Source of the DNA: a virus
Taxonomy: Duplodnaviria; Caudoviricetes
DNA length: 50,563 bases
Reading direction: 5' to 3' (one strand)
IMG/VR virus record: IMGVR_UViG_3300028045_000024
Coordinates: 1 to 50,563 of that record
Part shown: positions 1 through 7,897 of the stretch, piece by piece
Numbering within the stretch: the stretch's first letter is position 1
How the letters are laid out: each line of letters starts with the position of its first letter
Position numbers and translations under genes: made by a program
The notes under the pieces: model-generated
The model's database searches: none
The model's input: the letters and a program-made list of their open reading frames with translations, nothing else
Told to the model about the DNA's origin: nothing

Positions 1-100
1 ATCGGTGGCGCGCGTCCTGGAAATGCGAGTCGACCGTCCTGGAAATGCGAGTCGACCGTCCTGGAAATGCGAGTCGACCGTCCTGGAAATCACGCCAGCT
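1..100 (+). repeat. Left copy of the terminal direct repeat, with 3 full 22-bp units GTCCTGGAAATGCGAGTCGACC plus an 11-bp partial
   Basis: Units start at 14, 36 and 58, with a partial at 80. The flanks ATCGGTGGCGCGC and CACGCCAGCT are identical to those at the right end. Confidence 0.95.
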
Positions 101-117
101 CGTGTTCGAGCACTGGC

Positions 118-253
118 GTGATAGTGCTCTGGGTCCTTAGGTCACGAGGTCACGAGGTTGTCTAGGGACAGAATCGGCTCGGACAACACAAAAGTGTCCC
201 TTTTTTTGAACAGGAACTCTGTGATAGTGACTTCTGGGTCCTTAGGTCACGAG
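118..253 (+). repeat. Imperfect ~30-bp direct repeat GTGATAGTG..TCTGGGTCCTTAGGTCACGAG (two copies)
   Basis: Copies at ~118-147 and ~221-253. The first copy is followed by an extra GGTCACGAG. Confidence 0.85.
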
Positions 254-351
254 TCTACGCGCACCTATGTGGCGGCACCGGCCGCGATGAAAACAGATGC
301 ACCCTGGACGCGCAGGCCCTGCGCAAGCTGGGTTCACTTTGCGCTCGTTTT

Positions 352-640
352 CTGCCACCTGCCACCTGCCACGCGATTTCCAACCTTTCTGTACATTTTC
401 CTAAAACGTTGCAATACCTAACATTTACCCTATTTTTCTCTACTAGGGATAAAATTTTCGTGGCAGCATGCCGATTCCACCATAACTGGCGTGTCCAGGG
501 GAATACCCCTGCCACAGGGCCGTGGCAGACGTGCCATATCGCGAGTTTTTATCGCCATTCATAATTCCAGAATAATTTGACACGAGTATTTATCTCGGGT
601 ATTATGGAAAACGTGGCAGGTGATGCCACGCCCGTGGCAG
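352..640. repeat. Cluster of GTGGCAG/CTGCCAC heptamers in both orientations around an AT-rich stretch (candidate origin or operator region)
   Basis: CTGCCAC at 352, 359, 366 and 509; GTGGCAG at 460, 522, 613 and 634; TGCCAC at 624; AT-rich stretch at ~378-459. Confidence 0.7.
577..605 (+). promoter_or_regulatory. Sigma70-type early promoter
   Basis: TTGACA (577-582), 17-bp spacer, TATTAT (600-605). The spacer contains the inverted repeat CGAG-N7-CTCG. It sits upstream of the first rightward gene. Confidence 0.85.
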
Positions 641-668
641 GCCTGTTGCGGTAACTTTGAGGTGCAGA

Positions 669-1172
669 ATGAGTAACTACGAGAGAGAGTATGTGCTGGA
701 TCGGTTCAGGATGTGGGACGGATTATCGTTGACCATCATCTCCAGCGACCTTGACGGCACGTTCAGATTCGTCACGCCGGGGGGAGAATACCATGTAGAA
801 GTGTTCTTCCACGACGGCCGGTTGTCACACGCCGAGGTCATGCAGGTTGACAACGACGGGGACGTGACCACCACCCATTACGATTACAACGACGTGTGCG
901 GAGAAGAGGACTTTGTGGGGAACTGGACCACACCAACCAACCACCGCAGAGACCTCACGCCAGACGGCGCACAGCTACTGGTGGAGCGATACCGCCGCAC
1001 CGAGGAAGAGTACACCGAGTGGCGCAACGAACTGTACGGCGAGTGGCTGGCGCGCCATGGGCTAGACATCGCCACCGTGGATGAGGAGTTGGAAGCGCAG
1101 GCCCTGCGGCAGACATCTCTCGTAGAGAAGCATCGATATGCGGTCATTCAGATCCACATGATGGAGGCATAA
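669..1172 (+). CDS. Hypothetical early protein
   Basis: GAGG RBS before ATG 669. The C-terminal segment resembles the C-terminus of ORF 3085-3570. Confidence 0.8.
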   Translation: MSNYEREYVLDRFRMWDGLSLTIISSDLDGTFRFVTPGGEYHVEVFFHDGRLSHAEVMQVDNDGDVTTTHYDYNDVCGEEDFVGNWTTPTNHRRDLTPDGAQLLVERYRRTEEEYTEWRNELYGEWLARHGLDIATVDEELEAQALRQTSLVEKHRYAVIQIHMMEA

Positions 1173-1173
1173 C

Positions 1174-1428
1174 ATGGGACAGGTACAAATAGTAGACAAG
1201 CGCGGAAGCTTATATCTCCTACGCCATCCCAGACATGACGTGTTTACGGTAGCGCGCATTGACTGGGATCTGGAGAGAGTCTGGTCTGTCATACCACCAG
1301 ACCAGCGGGGCATGTCTCTTCCATTCACTGAGGGTCGCCTTATCGACCCGGTGGGGGTCATCTGCGGATGGTACTCCCGCGGCTACGCCAGAAAGAACTG
1401 GCGACTCGAGGTGAACAATGGGGTTTGA
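1174..1428 (+). CDS. Hypothetical protein
   Basis: GGAGG RBS; directly abuts the previous stop codon. Confidence 0.75.
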   Translation: MGQVQIVDKRGSLYLLRHPRHDVFTVARIDWDLERVWSVIPPDQRGMSLPFTEGRLIDPVGVICGWYSRGYARKNWRLEVNNGV

Positions 1429-1654
1429 GAAGCCGGTATCCAAGATGGCATTCTGGCGCCAGCAGGCGATAGGGCGCTGGGAGAACCGCATCGTTCGTAA
1501 ATACTGGGCCAGAAACCCAGAGTGGTCACCACGAGAGCTGATAGCAGAAATCAAGCGCCACCATGACTACTGTGGCGTCCGACTGTACGTTGCCATTCGG
1601 CGCGTCTCCCGGCTGGCAGGAGCGGATGGAGGGTGGCACCATGGGATTTCATAG
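1418..1654 (+). CDS. Hypothetical basic protein
   Basis: GAGGTG RBS; overlaps its neighbours in operon fashion. Confidence 0.65.
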   Translation: MGFEKPVSKMAFWRQQAIGRWENRIVRKYWARNPEWSPRELIAEIKRHHDYCGVRLYVAIRRVSRLAGADGGWHHGIS

Positions 1655-2000
1655 TTGCCTGTGTAACGGGTGTGGCAAGCCCATCATCGGACACTACGCG
1701 CTGGACCGTGCTCCCGTATGGATGACTCGGGTGGTCGCATGGATGCCAGACGGGACGAAGATCGAGGGTGTGTACGACGGGTATGGGCGCGCCATACCAT
1801 ACACTCACCACCCGATGCCCTTTGCCAAGGGTCCGTTCCTGCTTGACGAAGATGCCCAGTGGGTGGACGTGTGGCACCAAGAGTGTTCGCACGCTAGGCA
1901 CGGAGGCTACTTGCCCGCACGCCATGCTGAATGTCAGGGCTGGTTCTTTCAAGGCACCCTGTTCCACCTGACTCCGATGGAAGAGTCATGCTCAGGATAG
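1641..2000 (+). CDS. Hypothetical Cys/His-rich protein
   Basis: GGAGG RBS before ATG 1641. Contains the motifs CxCxxC, GVYDGYG and HxxC, suggesting a zinc-binding phage protein. Confidence 0.7.
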   Translation: MGFHSCLCNGCGKPIIGHYALDRAPVWMTRVVAWMPDGTKIEGVYDGYGRAIPYTHHPMPFAKGPFLLDEDAQWVDVWHQECSHARHGGYLPARHAECQGWFFQGTLFHLTPMEESCSG

Positions 2001-3097
2001 GTAGTTTGTTTTCTGGTATTGGTGGTCTCGAGCTTGGGCTTGAGGCCGCCCTGGACGCGCACACAATTTGGCAAGTAGAGAGGGATGAATATGCAAGACA
2101 AGTACTCGAAAGGCATTGGCCTAGCACAGCTCGAGATGTTCACGACATCCGAGAAGCCGGAGCGCACAACCTCGCCCCCGTTGACATCATCGCGGGTGGC
2201 TTCCCCTGCCAAGGCTTATCCGTGGCCGGTCAGGGCAAAGGCCTCGAGGACGAGAGATCGGGTCTCTGGTTTGAAATGCTACGAGTCGTTCGCGAACTAC
2301 GACCACCAGTCGTCATCCTGGAAAACGTGCCCGCCATCAGAACACGAGGACTCGACGTTGTACTCGGAGGGCTGGCCAGCAACGGGTACGATGCAGAATG
2401 GGGTGTGTTCGGCGCTGCCGATGTCGGTGCCCCCCACCGCCGACAACGGTGGTACTGCATCGCCTATCTACCCAACGCCAGTGGTGTCGGATCGGCCATC
2501 GAACTCGGGAGGTCAGAACCCGGGACCATCAAGGCTCTCACTGAAGGGCATGTCCAGGGCGGGGCAGTGGCCAACACCGCTGGCATCAGACGGGAAGAAG
2601 GACCCCACCGGGAGCCTGGCTCGGGTCATCCAGTGCGGCAGCAAGAGTGCCCGCAGGGATGGAACGCCGAGACCAGACTGGCCAACCCCCAGAGCATGCG
2701 ACGGACACAAACCACCGGGAGGCACCAACCCAGCGAAGCACGGACTACAACGACGAGTGTGGTCAACCCCGCTGGTGCACGACGCGGCGAACAACGGCGG
2801 CCCGGGTCAGCACAGGCGGAACTCGCCACCACTGAACGCACAAGCGCAGGGTCCCAGCATGACAGGCTCGCTCAACCCCGAATGGGTAGAGCTGATTATG
2901 GGTTTCAGGGCTGGACATACACAGGTGCAGACGTAGAGGCGTGGGAGCAGGGCGTCTCCAGGGTGGTCGCCACCGGAACGCTCCCCAACAGAGTGGATAG
3001 ACTTAGATGCCTAGGAAACGCAGTTGTGCCCATGTGGGCCTACTGGGTGGGCCTGAAGGCTAAACAATTAATAGGAGAGAGACTATGTATTTTATAG
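1988..3097 (+). CDS. C5-cytosine DNA methyltransferase (main/alpha polypeptide)
   Basis: Motif I FSGIGG, IV GGFPCQ, VI ENV, VIII RRQRWY and X LGNAV are present. Motif IX is not evident in this frame. Confidence 0.93.
   Translation: MLRIGSLFSGIGGLELGLEAALDAHTIWQVERDEYARQVLERHWPSTARDVHDIREAGAHNLAPVDIIAGGFPCQGLSVAGQGKGLEDERSGLWFEMLRVVRELRPPVVILENVPAIRTRGLDVVLGGLASNGYDAEWGVFGAADVGAPHRRQRWYCIAYLPNASGVGSAIELGRSEPGTIKALTEGHVQGGAVANTAGIRREEGPHREPGSGHPVRQQECPQGWNAETRLANPQSMRRTQTTGRHQPSEARTTTTSVVNPAGARRGEQRRPGSAQAELATTERTSAGSQHDRLAQPRMGRADYGFQGWTYTGADVEAWEQGVSRVVATGTLPNRVDRLRCLGNAVVPMWAYWVGLKAKQLIGERLCIL
2085..2936 (+). CDS. Nested alternative-frame methyltransferase subunit (beta-like, motif IX plus xPTPxxxD repeats); exact start uncertain
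   Basis: A 283-codon open frame inside the MTase gene. It contains WPATGTMQNG, four repeats (YPTPVVSD, WPTPLASD, WPTPRACD, WSTPLVHD) and ends in LNPEWVELIMGF, which resembles motif IX. Confidence 0.8.
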   Translation: MNMQDKYSKGIGLAQLEMFTTSEKPERTTSPPLTSSRVASPAKAYPWPVRAKASRTRDRVSGLKCYESFANYDHQSSSWKTCPPSEHEDSTLYSEGWPATGTMQNGVCSALPMSVPPTADNGGTASPIYPTPVVSDRPSNSGGQNPGPSRLSLKGMSRAGQWPTPLASDGKKDPTGSLARVIQCGSKSARRDGTPRPDWPTPRACDGHKPPGGTNPAKHGLQRRVWSTPLVHDAANNGGPGQHRRNSPPLNAQAQGPSMTGSLNPEWVELIMGFRAGHTQVQT

Positions 3098-3570
3098 AGA
3101 CAAAGAAGAACGGAAGGGTCACAGGATCACGGTATGTCGGAGAATACGGAGACAGTATGCCAGACGACTTCCATGAGACGAGGACCCACTTGATTGAATT
3201 AATGGGGACCCTCAAGATTTCCACTGTGTTCTTGGGGCTAGAGCACATGGGGGGGATGCTTTACGAAACTCTTGTGTTCGACGCTGGATGTGCGGTGGGT
3301 TGGCCAGAGAGATACAGGAACTACGAAGACGCGGTTGCTGGCCATGCGAAGATTGTGCGCCAGCATAAGCCAAGTGAAGAACAGGTTGTTGCAGAACTGC
3401 ACAGTCTGATCCTAGACCAATACGGTAAGTGGCTGAACAGACACGGCCTGCGCGTAGAGACCGTCAACACGGAGAACGAGACGGATGCCTACAACAGAGC
3501 ATCCCCCACCGAGCAGGCACTGTTCGACTACATAACCAAGGGCATGGATTTGGAGGTGTGCGGTGAGTGA
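3085..3570 (+). CDS. Hypothetical protein
   Basis: AGGAG RBS. Contains an ISTVFLGLEH..LYETLVF..ERY..A..GH segment typical of small phage proteins. The C-terminal domain is shared with ORF 669-1172. Confidence 0.8.
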   Translation: MYFIETKKNGRVTGSRYVGEYGDSMPDDFHETRTHLIELMGTLKISTVFLGLEHMGGMLYETLVFDAGCAVGWPERYRNYEDAVAGHAKIVRQHKPSEEQVVAELHSLILDQYGKWLNRHGLRVETVNTENETDAYNRASPTEQALFDYITKGMDLEVCGE

Positions 3571-3814
3571 TTACATACGAGTTCCTGTTAGTCACAAGGA
3601 GTCTGCAATAGTCAGACTCCAGAACATTGCGTTTGTCACCCCGAGACCCAGACACGAGGGTCCGGGGTGCCACATCTCAATTACCTGCGCGTGCTCGCAG
3701 AGCATGAGACCCGCCAAGCTGGCCGTCATCCGCACCACCATGAGTCTGGAAGAGGTGGCCAACCTGATGGGTGCACCCGCGGCGCCGCACACAGGCAACT
3801 GGAGGAAGAGATGA
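3563..3814 (+). CDS. Hypothetical protein
   Basis: GGAGG RBS and GTG start; ATGA overlap with the next gene. Confidence 0.7.
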   Translation: MSDYIRVPVSHKESAIVRLQNIAFVTPRPRHEGPGCHISITCACSQSMRPAKLAVIRTTMSLEEVANLMGAPAAPHTGNWRKR

Positions 3815-4032
3815 TCATGTCCATGAACGCGATACCGACAGACGTGCGACTGGCAATCCTTACCTGGGCCAGACACATCGCATCCAGATACAGCGTAGAG
3901 TTGGTGTTCGAAATGGGAGGCGGTGAGCCTCTCGGATTCTTGCCCAGCACTACAGTCAAAACAGCTACCGCCATACGGGCGGAGTACGACCTGATGATAT
4001 CAAACCTGAACAACGCCCGAGCCTGGGTGTAG
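3811..4032 (+). CDS. Hypothetical protein
   Basis: GGAGG RBS before ATG 3811. Confidence 0.7.
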   Translation: MIMSMNAIPTDVRLAILTWARHIASRYSVELVFEMGGGEPLGFLPSTTVKTATAIRAEYDLMISNLNNARAWV

Positions 4033-4040
4033 GAGTTACC

Positions 4041-4274
4041 ATGATTGAAATAATAGCAGCAGCACTTCTCTTCGCAGTCGCATTCTGGGCGGGCCGGTGG
4101 TCCATGATGATGCCCGGATGGATTGAGAACAAACAACGGGCAGGTAACGAGGCCGTGCGGTACTTCCGAGTTAAGGGCACCGTCGATGGCGAGTGGCATT
4201 ACATGCTGCTCACAGAAGCTGAAGTCCACCGCGGAATTGAACGAGCCGAGAGCCACCCGGAGGACCTCCGATGA
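4041..4274 (+). CDS. Hypothetical protein with N-terminal membrane anchor
   Basis: AGGAG RBS; hydrophobic N-terminus IIAAALLFAVAFW. Confidence 0.75.
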   Translation: MIEIIAAALLFAVAFWAGRWSMMMPGWIENKQRAGNEAVRYFRVKGTVDGEWHYMLLTEAEVHRGIERAESHPEDLR

Positions 4275-4393
4275 GACCAAAAGAAAACGTCCAGGTACTA
4301 CTGCTCACAGAAAGTGAGTCCCCCATTGACGATGACCAAACCGATTTGTTTTCAAATTGGGATAACGAATGCGCCGGTATCTGCGGCGTTTAA
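4271..4393 (+). CDS. 40-aa mini-ORF ending in DQTDLFSNWDNECAGICGV (possible gene remnant)
   Basis: Translated by hand because it is below the ORF-track cutoff. GGAGG RBS and ATGA overlap with the previous gene. Confidence 0.55.
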   Translation: MRPKENVQVLLLTESESPIDDDQTDLFSNWDNECAGICGV

Positions 4394-4408
4394 CAACAGG
4401 AGAAGAAG

Positions 4409-4687
4409 ATGAGTAAATATAAAGTAGAGACAAAAAGCCAACTACAATTGGACGCCATTCAAGGTGTTTGTGATTCCATTGGCAAACTCGACGACAGTTT
4501 TCGCTCAAGAAATGATGGTGGGCATACCATCCTGGGCGCCATCGAACAGCAGACTGAAGCAATCGTCCGTCTAGGAGACATCATTGAGAGTGCGGTGGAT
4601 ATCTATTGCGAAGTCGTGGGGTATCCGGAGCATGCGAAGGTCACTGGCCAAAAGGCTGATAAAGGAGAAGAAGATGAGTGTAAATAA
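4409..4687 (+). CDS. Hypothetical protein
   Basis: AGGAG RBS; fits the operon. Confidence 0.75.
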   Translation: MSKYKVETKSQLQLDAIQGVCDSIGKLDDSFRSRNDGGHTILGAIEQQTEAIVRLGDIIESAVDIYCEVVGYPEHAKVTGQKADKGEEDECK

Positions 4688-4994
4688 AGTAATTCTAGTA
4701 GGCAACCTGGGTGCAGACCCGGAGTCCCGCGGAGCAGTAACCAAACTGCGCTTGGCAACCACCGAGCGCAGGAAGCAGGACGAGGAGTGGGTTGACCACA
4801 CCGAGTGGCACCGGGTGGCTTGCTTTGGCCGGACGGCAGAGAACGTCGCAAAGTATTGCAGCAAGGGCAAGCAGGTCTACATCGAGGGCAAGCTGCGCAC
4901 CACCAAGTACACGGACTCCAATGGCAATGACAAGTGGTCTACTGAAGTCATTGCCGACAGAGTAGCGTTCCTGGGAGGCAGGGGGGATGAGTAA
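4674..4994 (+). CDS. ssb: Single-stranded DNA-binding protein (OB fold, no acidic tail)
   Basis: Contains [36 protein letters not shown] and TEVIA. AAGGAG RBS before 4674. Confidence 0.95.
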   Translation: MSVNKVILVGNLGADPESRGAVTKLRLATTERRKQDEEWVDHTEWHRVACFGRTAENVAKYCSKGKQVYIEGKLRTTKYTDSNGNDKWSTEVIADRVAFLGGRGDE

Positions 4995-5304
4995 CAATAG
5001 AACTGAAATGTTTATCCTGTCAAAGCTGAAGGCCGCGCAGTCTGGCGTGATAACCGACGCAGACCACAAGGAGTTCTTCGACGCAGTTCGAGAGGTGGCG
5101 TGCGCGCCCCTCTGGCGGTCTGCCAGAAGAGAGAGTGGCCTTGCCAAGTTCGAGCGTGAGAGTCGTCGGTGCGTTCACCCTGGAGGAGTTCACCCGAAAC
5201 TGGCATATACAGTCGAGGGGACCCCGGAGTATGATGAACACAAGGTACTCTCTGAGAGGGCGCAAGGAATCTTTCAACGACTGAGGATAAAATGTGGCTA
5301 CTAG
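4987..5304 (+). CDS. Hypothetical protein
   Basis: Overlaps the end of ssb; same operon. Confidence 0.7.
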   Translation: MSNNRTEMFILSKLKAAQSGVITDADHKEFFDAVREVACAPLWRSARRESGLAKFERESRRCVHPGGVHPKLAYTVEGTPEYDEHKVLSERAQGIFQRLRIKCGY

Positions 5305-5594
5305 ATTATGCTGGCCTTTTGGGGTGCATGGGACTCTGTACCGACTCTGATTACTCAGAAGAGTTTGGGTTCATTGTTCGCAACATCAGTGCTCGAAAGA
5401 AGCACCGGGTCATGTGGGCACAGTCGGTTCCAGGGGATGATAGTGACCTTCACATAGTGGTGCGGGTGGCGCTTGTTTCACCCGTTGCGTGGGTGGATAT
5501 CGACCTGCGCATCGACAAGGAGTATTTACTTGAGGCATCCTTGCTGACCTTGTCCACTTGCACTCACCTTGCGAGTGAGGTAAGGTTACCTTAA
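5292..5594 (+). CDS. Hypothetical protein
   Basis: GAGG RBS; last gene of the rightward block. Confidence 0.55.
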   Translation: MWLLDYAGLLGCMGLCTDSDYSEEFGFIVRNISARKKHRVMWAQSVPGDDSDLHIVVRVALVSPVAWVDIDLRIDKEYLLEASLLTLSTCTHLASEVRLP

Positions 5595-5888
5595 TAGGCT
5601 TCCTATAGCTACATGCCTACACCTGGGGTCCCCGGTCACCGTTTCTCTCTCTGGTGGCCGGGGGTCTTTTTTTTCAATGAAGACGGGAGTGCCCTCGCCG
5701 ACCCAGGCTCCGATGACTTGACTGTGCAGATAGTCGAGAGCCTCCCATCGGTCAGCGCCATCAGCCATGATGATCTCCACGCACTTCTCATAGTCGTAGG
5801 CAACAACCGGATGCGCAAACCCAGCTCGTTCTGCTGTACCTATGATCGCATCGTCAAACCCTATTGCATACTGCTTCTCATCTTCCAT
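5586..5888 (-). CDS. Conserved phage hypothetical protein
   Basis: Pattern GFDDAIIG...VVAYDYEKC...EA..Y....IGAWVGEGTPVF, common in environmental phages. Confidence 0.8.
   Translation of the reverse strand: MEDEKQYAIGFDDAIIGTAERAGFAHPVVAYDYEKCVEIIMADGADRWEALDYLHSQVIGAWVGEGTPVFIEKKDPRPPERETVTGDPRCRHVAIGSLLR
5630..5674 (+). terminator. Possible intrinsic terminator of the rightward early operon
   Basis: Stem CCCCGGTCACC/GGTGGCCGGGG followed by a run of 8 T. It lies inside the convergent gene and has a long loop. Confidence 0.45.
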
Positions 5889-6393
5889 TTAAATGCCCCC
5901 ACGAATCCCAGCCCTCTCGTTCACGACGCGCAAACATCTCCAGCCTGGGTCCAGTACTCCTAGCCTCAATTAACTCATACGACTGCTCGGGCTTTCGAGA
6001 GTGCTCGCGCAATGGCGCGTGGAACACGGACCTCAAGTCCTTGCGCGTAGTCCTGGCCTTTGGCCCGCTGCCCCTCACCGCAAACAGTAGCAACTCATGC
6101 TGACCACGCAAGTACTGCCCCAGCCCAGCTCGGGGCTTTACCCATACAGCGTTGGTTATGTACCTGAACCCGAGGGCCTTGGTGAGCCACAGGGCGTCTG
6201 GCAGGAAGTTGTTGGTTGCCCACATCCATAGGTGGCAGTCCTCCGCCGGAGTCCACACGCCGCTCTGGTAGATCACACGAGGCATCTCCTTGGTGTGCAG
6301 TAGTGGGTAGTGCCTGTCTGCTCCCCGCTTTATCTTACCACCGCCTCGTTCCATCCAGGGTGGATCCATTAGGATGCATCCGTACTTATTCAT
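5878..6393 (-). CDS. MT-A70 family adenine methyltransferase
   Basis: Catalytic DPPW plus HYP, LWMWAT, HSRKP and LEMFAR..GW..WG. Confidence 0.93.
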   Translation of the reverse strand: MNKYGCILMDPPWMERGGGKIKRGADRHYPLLHTKEMPRVIYQSGVWTPAEDCHLWMWATNNFLPDALWLTKALGFRYITNAVWVKPRAGLGQYLRGQHELLLFAVRGSGPKARTTRKDLRSVFHAPLREHSRKPEQSYELIEARSTGPRLEMFARREREGWDSWGHLNGR

Positions 6394-7897
6394 GGATTAT
6401 CCCGAGCTGCCTGTACAGTGCGTTCCGCTTCCGAACACCTCCGTTGAGCGGTCCCCAAGGGTCTCGGATGTCAATGACCAGGGTGCTCTGCTTGCCGGGG
6501 TGCGGTCTCATGATTCTCCCACAACGCTGTTCCAGCCTGGACATGCTAGACGTTGGAGTTGCCAGCACCACAGTGTCTAGCCGTGGGATATCCAACCCCT
6601 CATCTGCCAGCTGGGTAGCAAAGACAACCCGGATAGATCCGTCTCGAGCCTGGCTCATGATCTCCTCGCGCTTCTTCCCAGGCACCGTTCCAACCATGCA
6701 ACCCGGACGTATCCCCCGCAGGGCCACAAGATCCGACAGGTCCTCGCAATGCCCTACTCTGTCCGACAGAACCAGAACTGACCGGCCGTCATTGTGTAGA
6801 GAACTAATCAGGTCAACCAACATGTTGTTCCTGTCCTCATCCAACGTGATGTCCGTCACCGCCTGGGTGTACTCATCGCCGCGGCGGGCACTCGTCCATG
6901 TGGTGTGCATCGTTCGCACCCTGGGCACAGATATAAGACCGCGTCCTTCCAGCTCCCCGTGCGATATCCGCCAAATGATGTCCCCAAACGTCCATGTCAT
7001 AAACTTCGTTAACCCGTCTGCTCTAGACGGAGTCGCCGTAAGACCGTATCTCTTTCGACAAGCCAAGGCCGACATGACCTCGACGAACGTCTCCGCTGGA
7101 GCATGATGGGCCTCGTCCAGTATGACCATACCGAACCCCTGCGACCACTCGTACAACTCCATGAACGTCCTGTTCTTCAGGGTCTGCACCGTGGCAATCA
7201 CCACGTCCCCGTCGATATTTTTTCCCAAGCCCCTTAGCCCCACACTAACTCCGGGTAACCACCCCACGACCCGCTCTCTCCACTGTGAAGCAAGGTCTCC
7301 AGTATGAACCAGAACCAGCGTTTTAACCTTCGCCTTTGCGATAAGGCCCACACCAATAGCAGTCTTGCCAGCACCGCAGGGGGCACACAACACTCCGTTA
7401 CCCTTGGCGATAGCTGTATCAACCGCCTCTAGCTGGTAATCGCGCAGCGTTATGCCCTGCGCCAGTTCTGCTATGATCGGAGTTCCGTCGTACAGGACCT
7501 CCTTCTCCGAGACCCGGAACTCCTCACTCCGCGCAAACCTGGGCAATATCAGTCCGTTCGTCCAGGGGTGGTCGTACGGCAGACGACCGGAGGGGTATAT
7601 CCACCTTGGCGGCATAGCGACCTTCCTGCCAGACTTGCGCATCTTCTGCGCCTGGGTCCACTTAGGGTTGGTCAATCTAAACTCGGGCAGGAGATCCTCC
7701 CCCTCCCCGGGCCTGAAATACAGCCCTCCACCGTGTACGCACCTAACCGATGGCTTCTTTGAATCTATCTCATTCTTTGTGGCGCTACGTCGAACCCAGT
7801 CTGGCACCTCTTTTGACTTCATCACTTCATACCTTCCTGCGAAAGAGTTCCACACCTCAACCCAATACCTACGCTTATCACCCCACCGAACGTGCAT
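6386..7897 (-). CDS. Superfamily 2 DEAH helicase (UvsW/Res-like)
   Basis: Q motif LRDYQ, Walker A PCGAGKT, DEAHH, GLTATP, EGLDIP and QRCGRIMR. Confidence 0.93.
   Translation of the reverse strand: MHVRWGDKRRYWVEVWNSFAGRYEVMKSKEVPDWVRRSATKNEIDSKKPSVRCVHGGGLYFRPGEGEDLLPEFRLTNPKWTQAQKMRKSGRKVAMPPRWIYPSGRLPYDHPWTNGLILPRFARSEEFRVSEKEVLYDGTPIIAELAQGITLRDYQLEAVDTAIAKGNGVLCAPCGAGKTAIGVGLIAKAKVKTLVLVHTGDLASQWRERVVGWLPGVSVGLRGLGKNIDGDVVIATVQTLKNRTFMELYEWSQGFGMVILDEAHHAPAETFVEVMSALACRKRYGLTATPSRADGLTKFMTWTFGDIIWRISHGELEGRGLISVPRVRTMHTTWTSARRGDEYTQAVTDITLDEDRNNMLVDLISSLHNDGRSVLVLSDRVGHCEDLSDLVALRGIRPGCMVGTVPGKKREEIMSQARDGSIRVVFATQLADEGLDIPRLDTVVLATPTSSMSRLEQRCGRIMRPHPGKQSTLVIDIRDPWGPLNGGVRKRNALYRQLGIIHE

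Noticed and set aside
158-515. Short ORFs 158-421 (+) and 255-515 (-)
   Set aside because: They have no RBS, lie within the repeat-rich regulatory region, and are upstream of the first clear promoter.
5878-7897. Methylase plus Res-like helicase as a type III restriction-modification system
   Set aside because: The helicase has no recognisable nuclease domain and lies in a normal phage replication operon. The methylase is MT-A70 type, not a Mod subunit.
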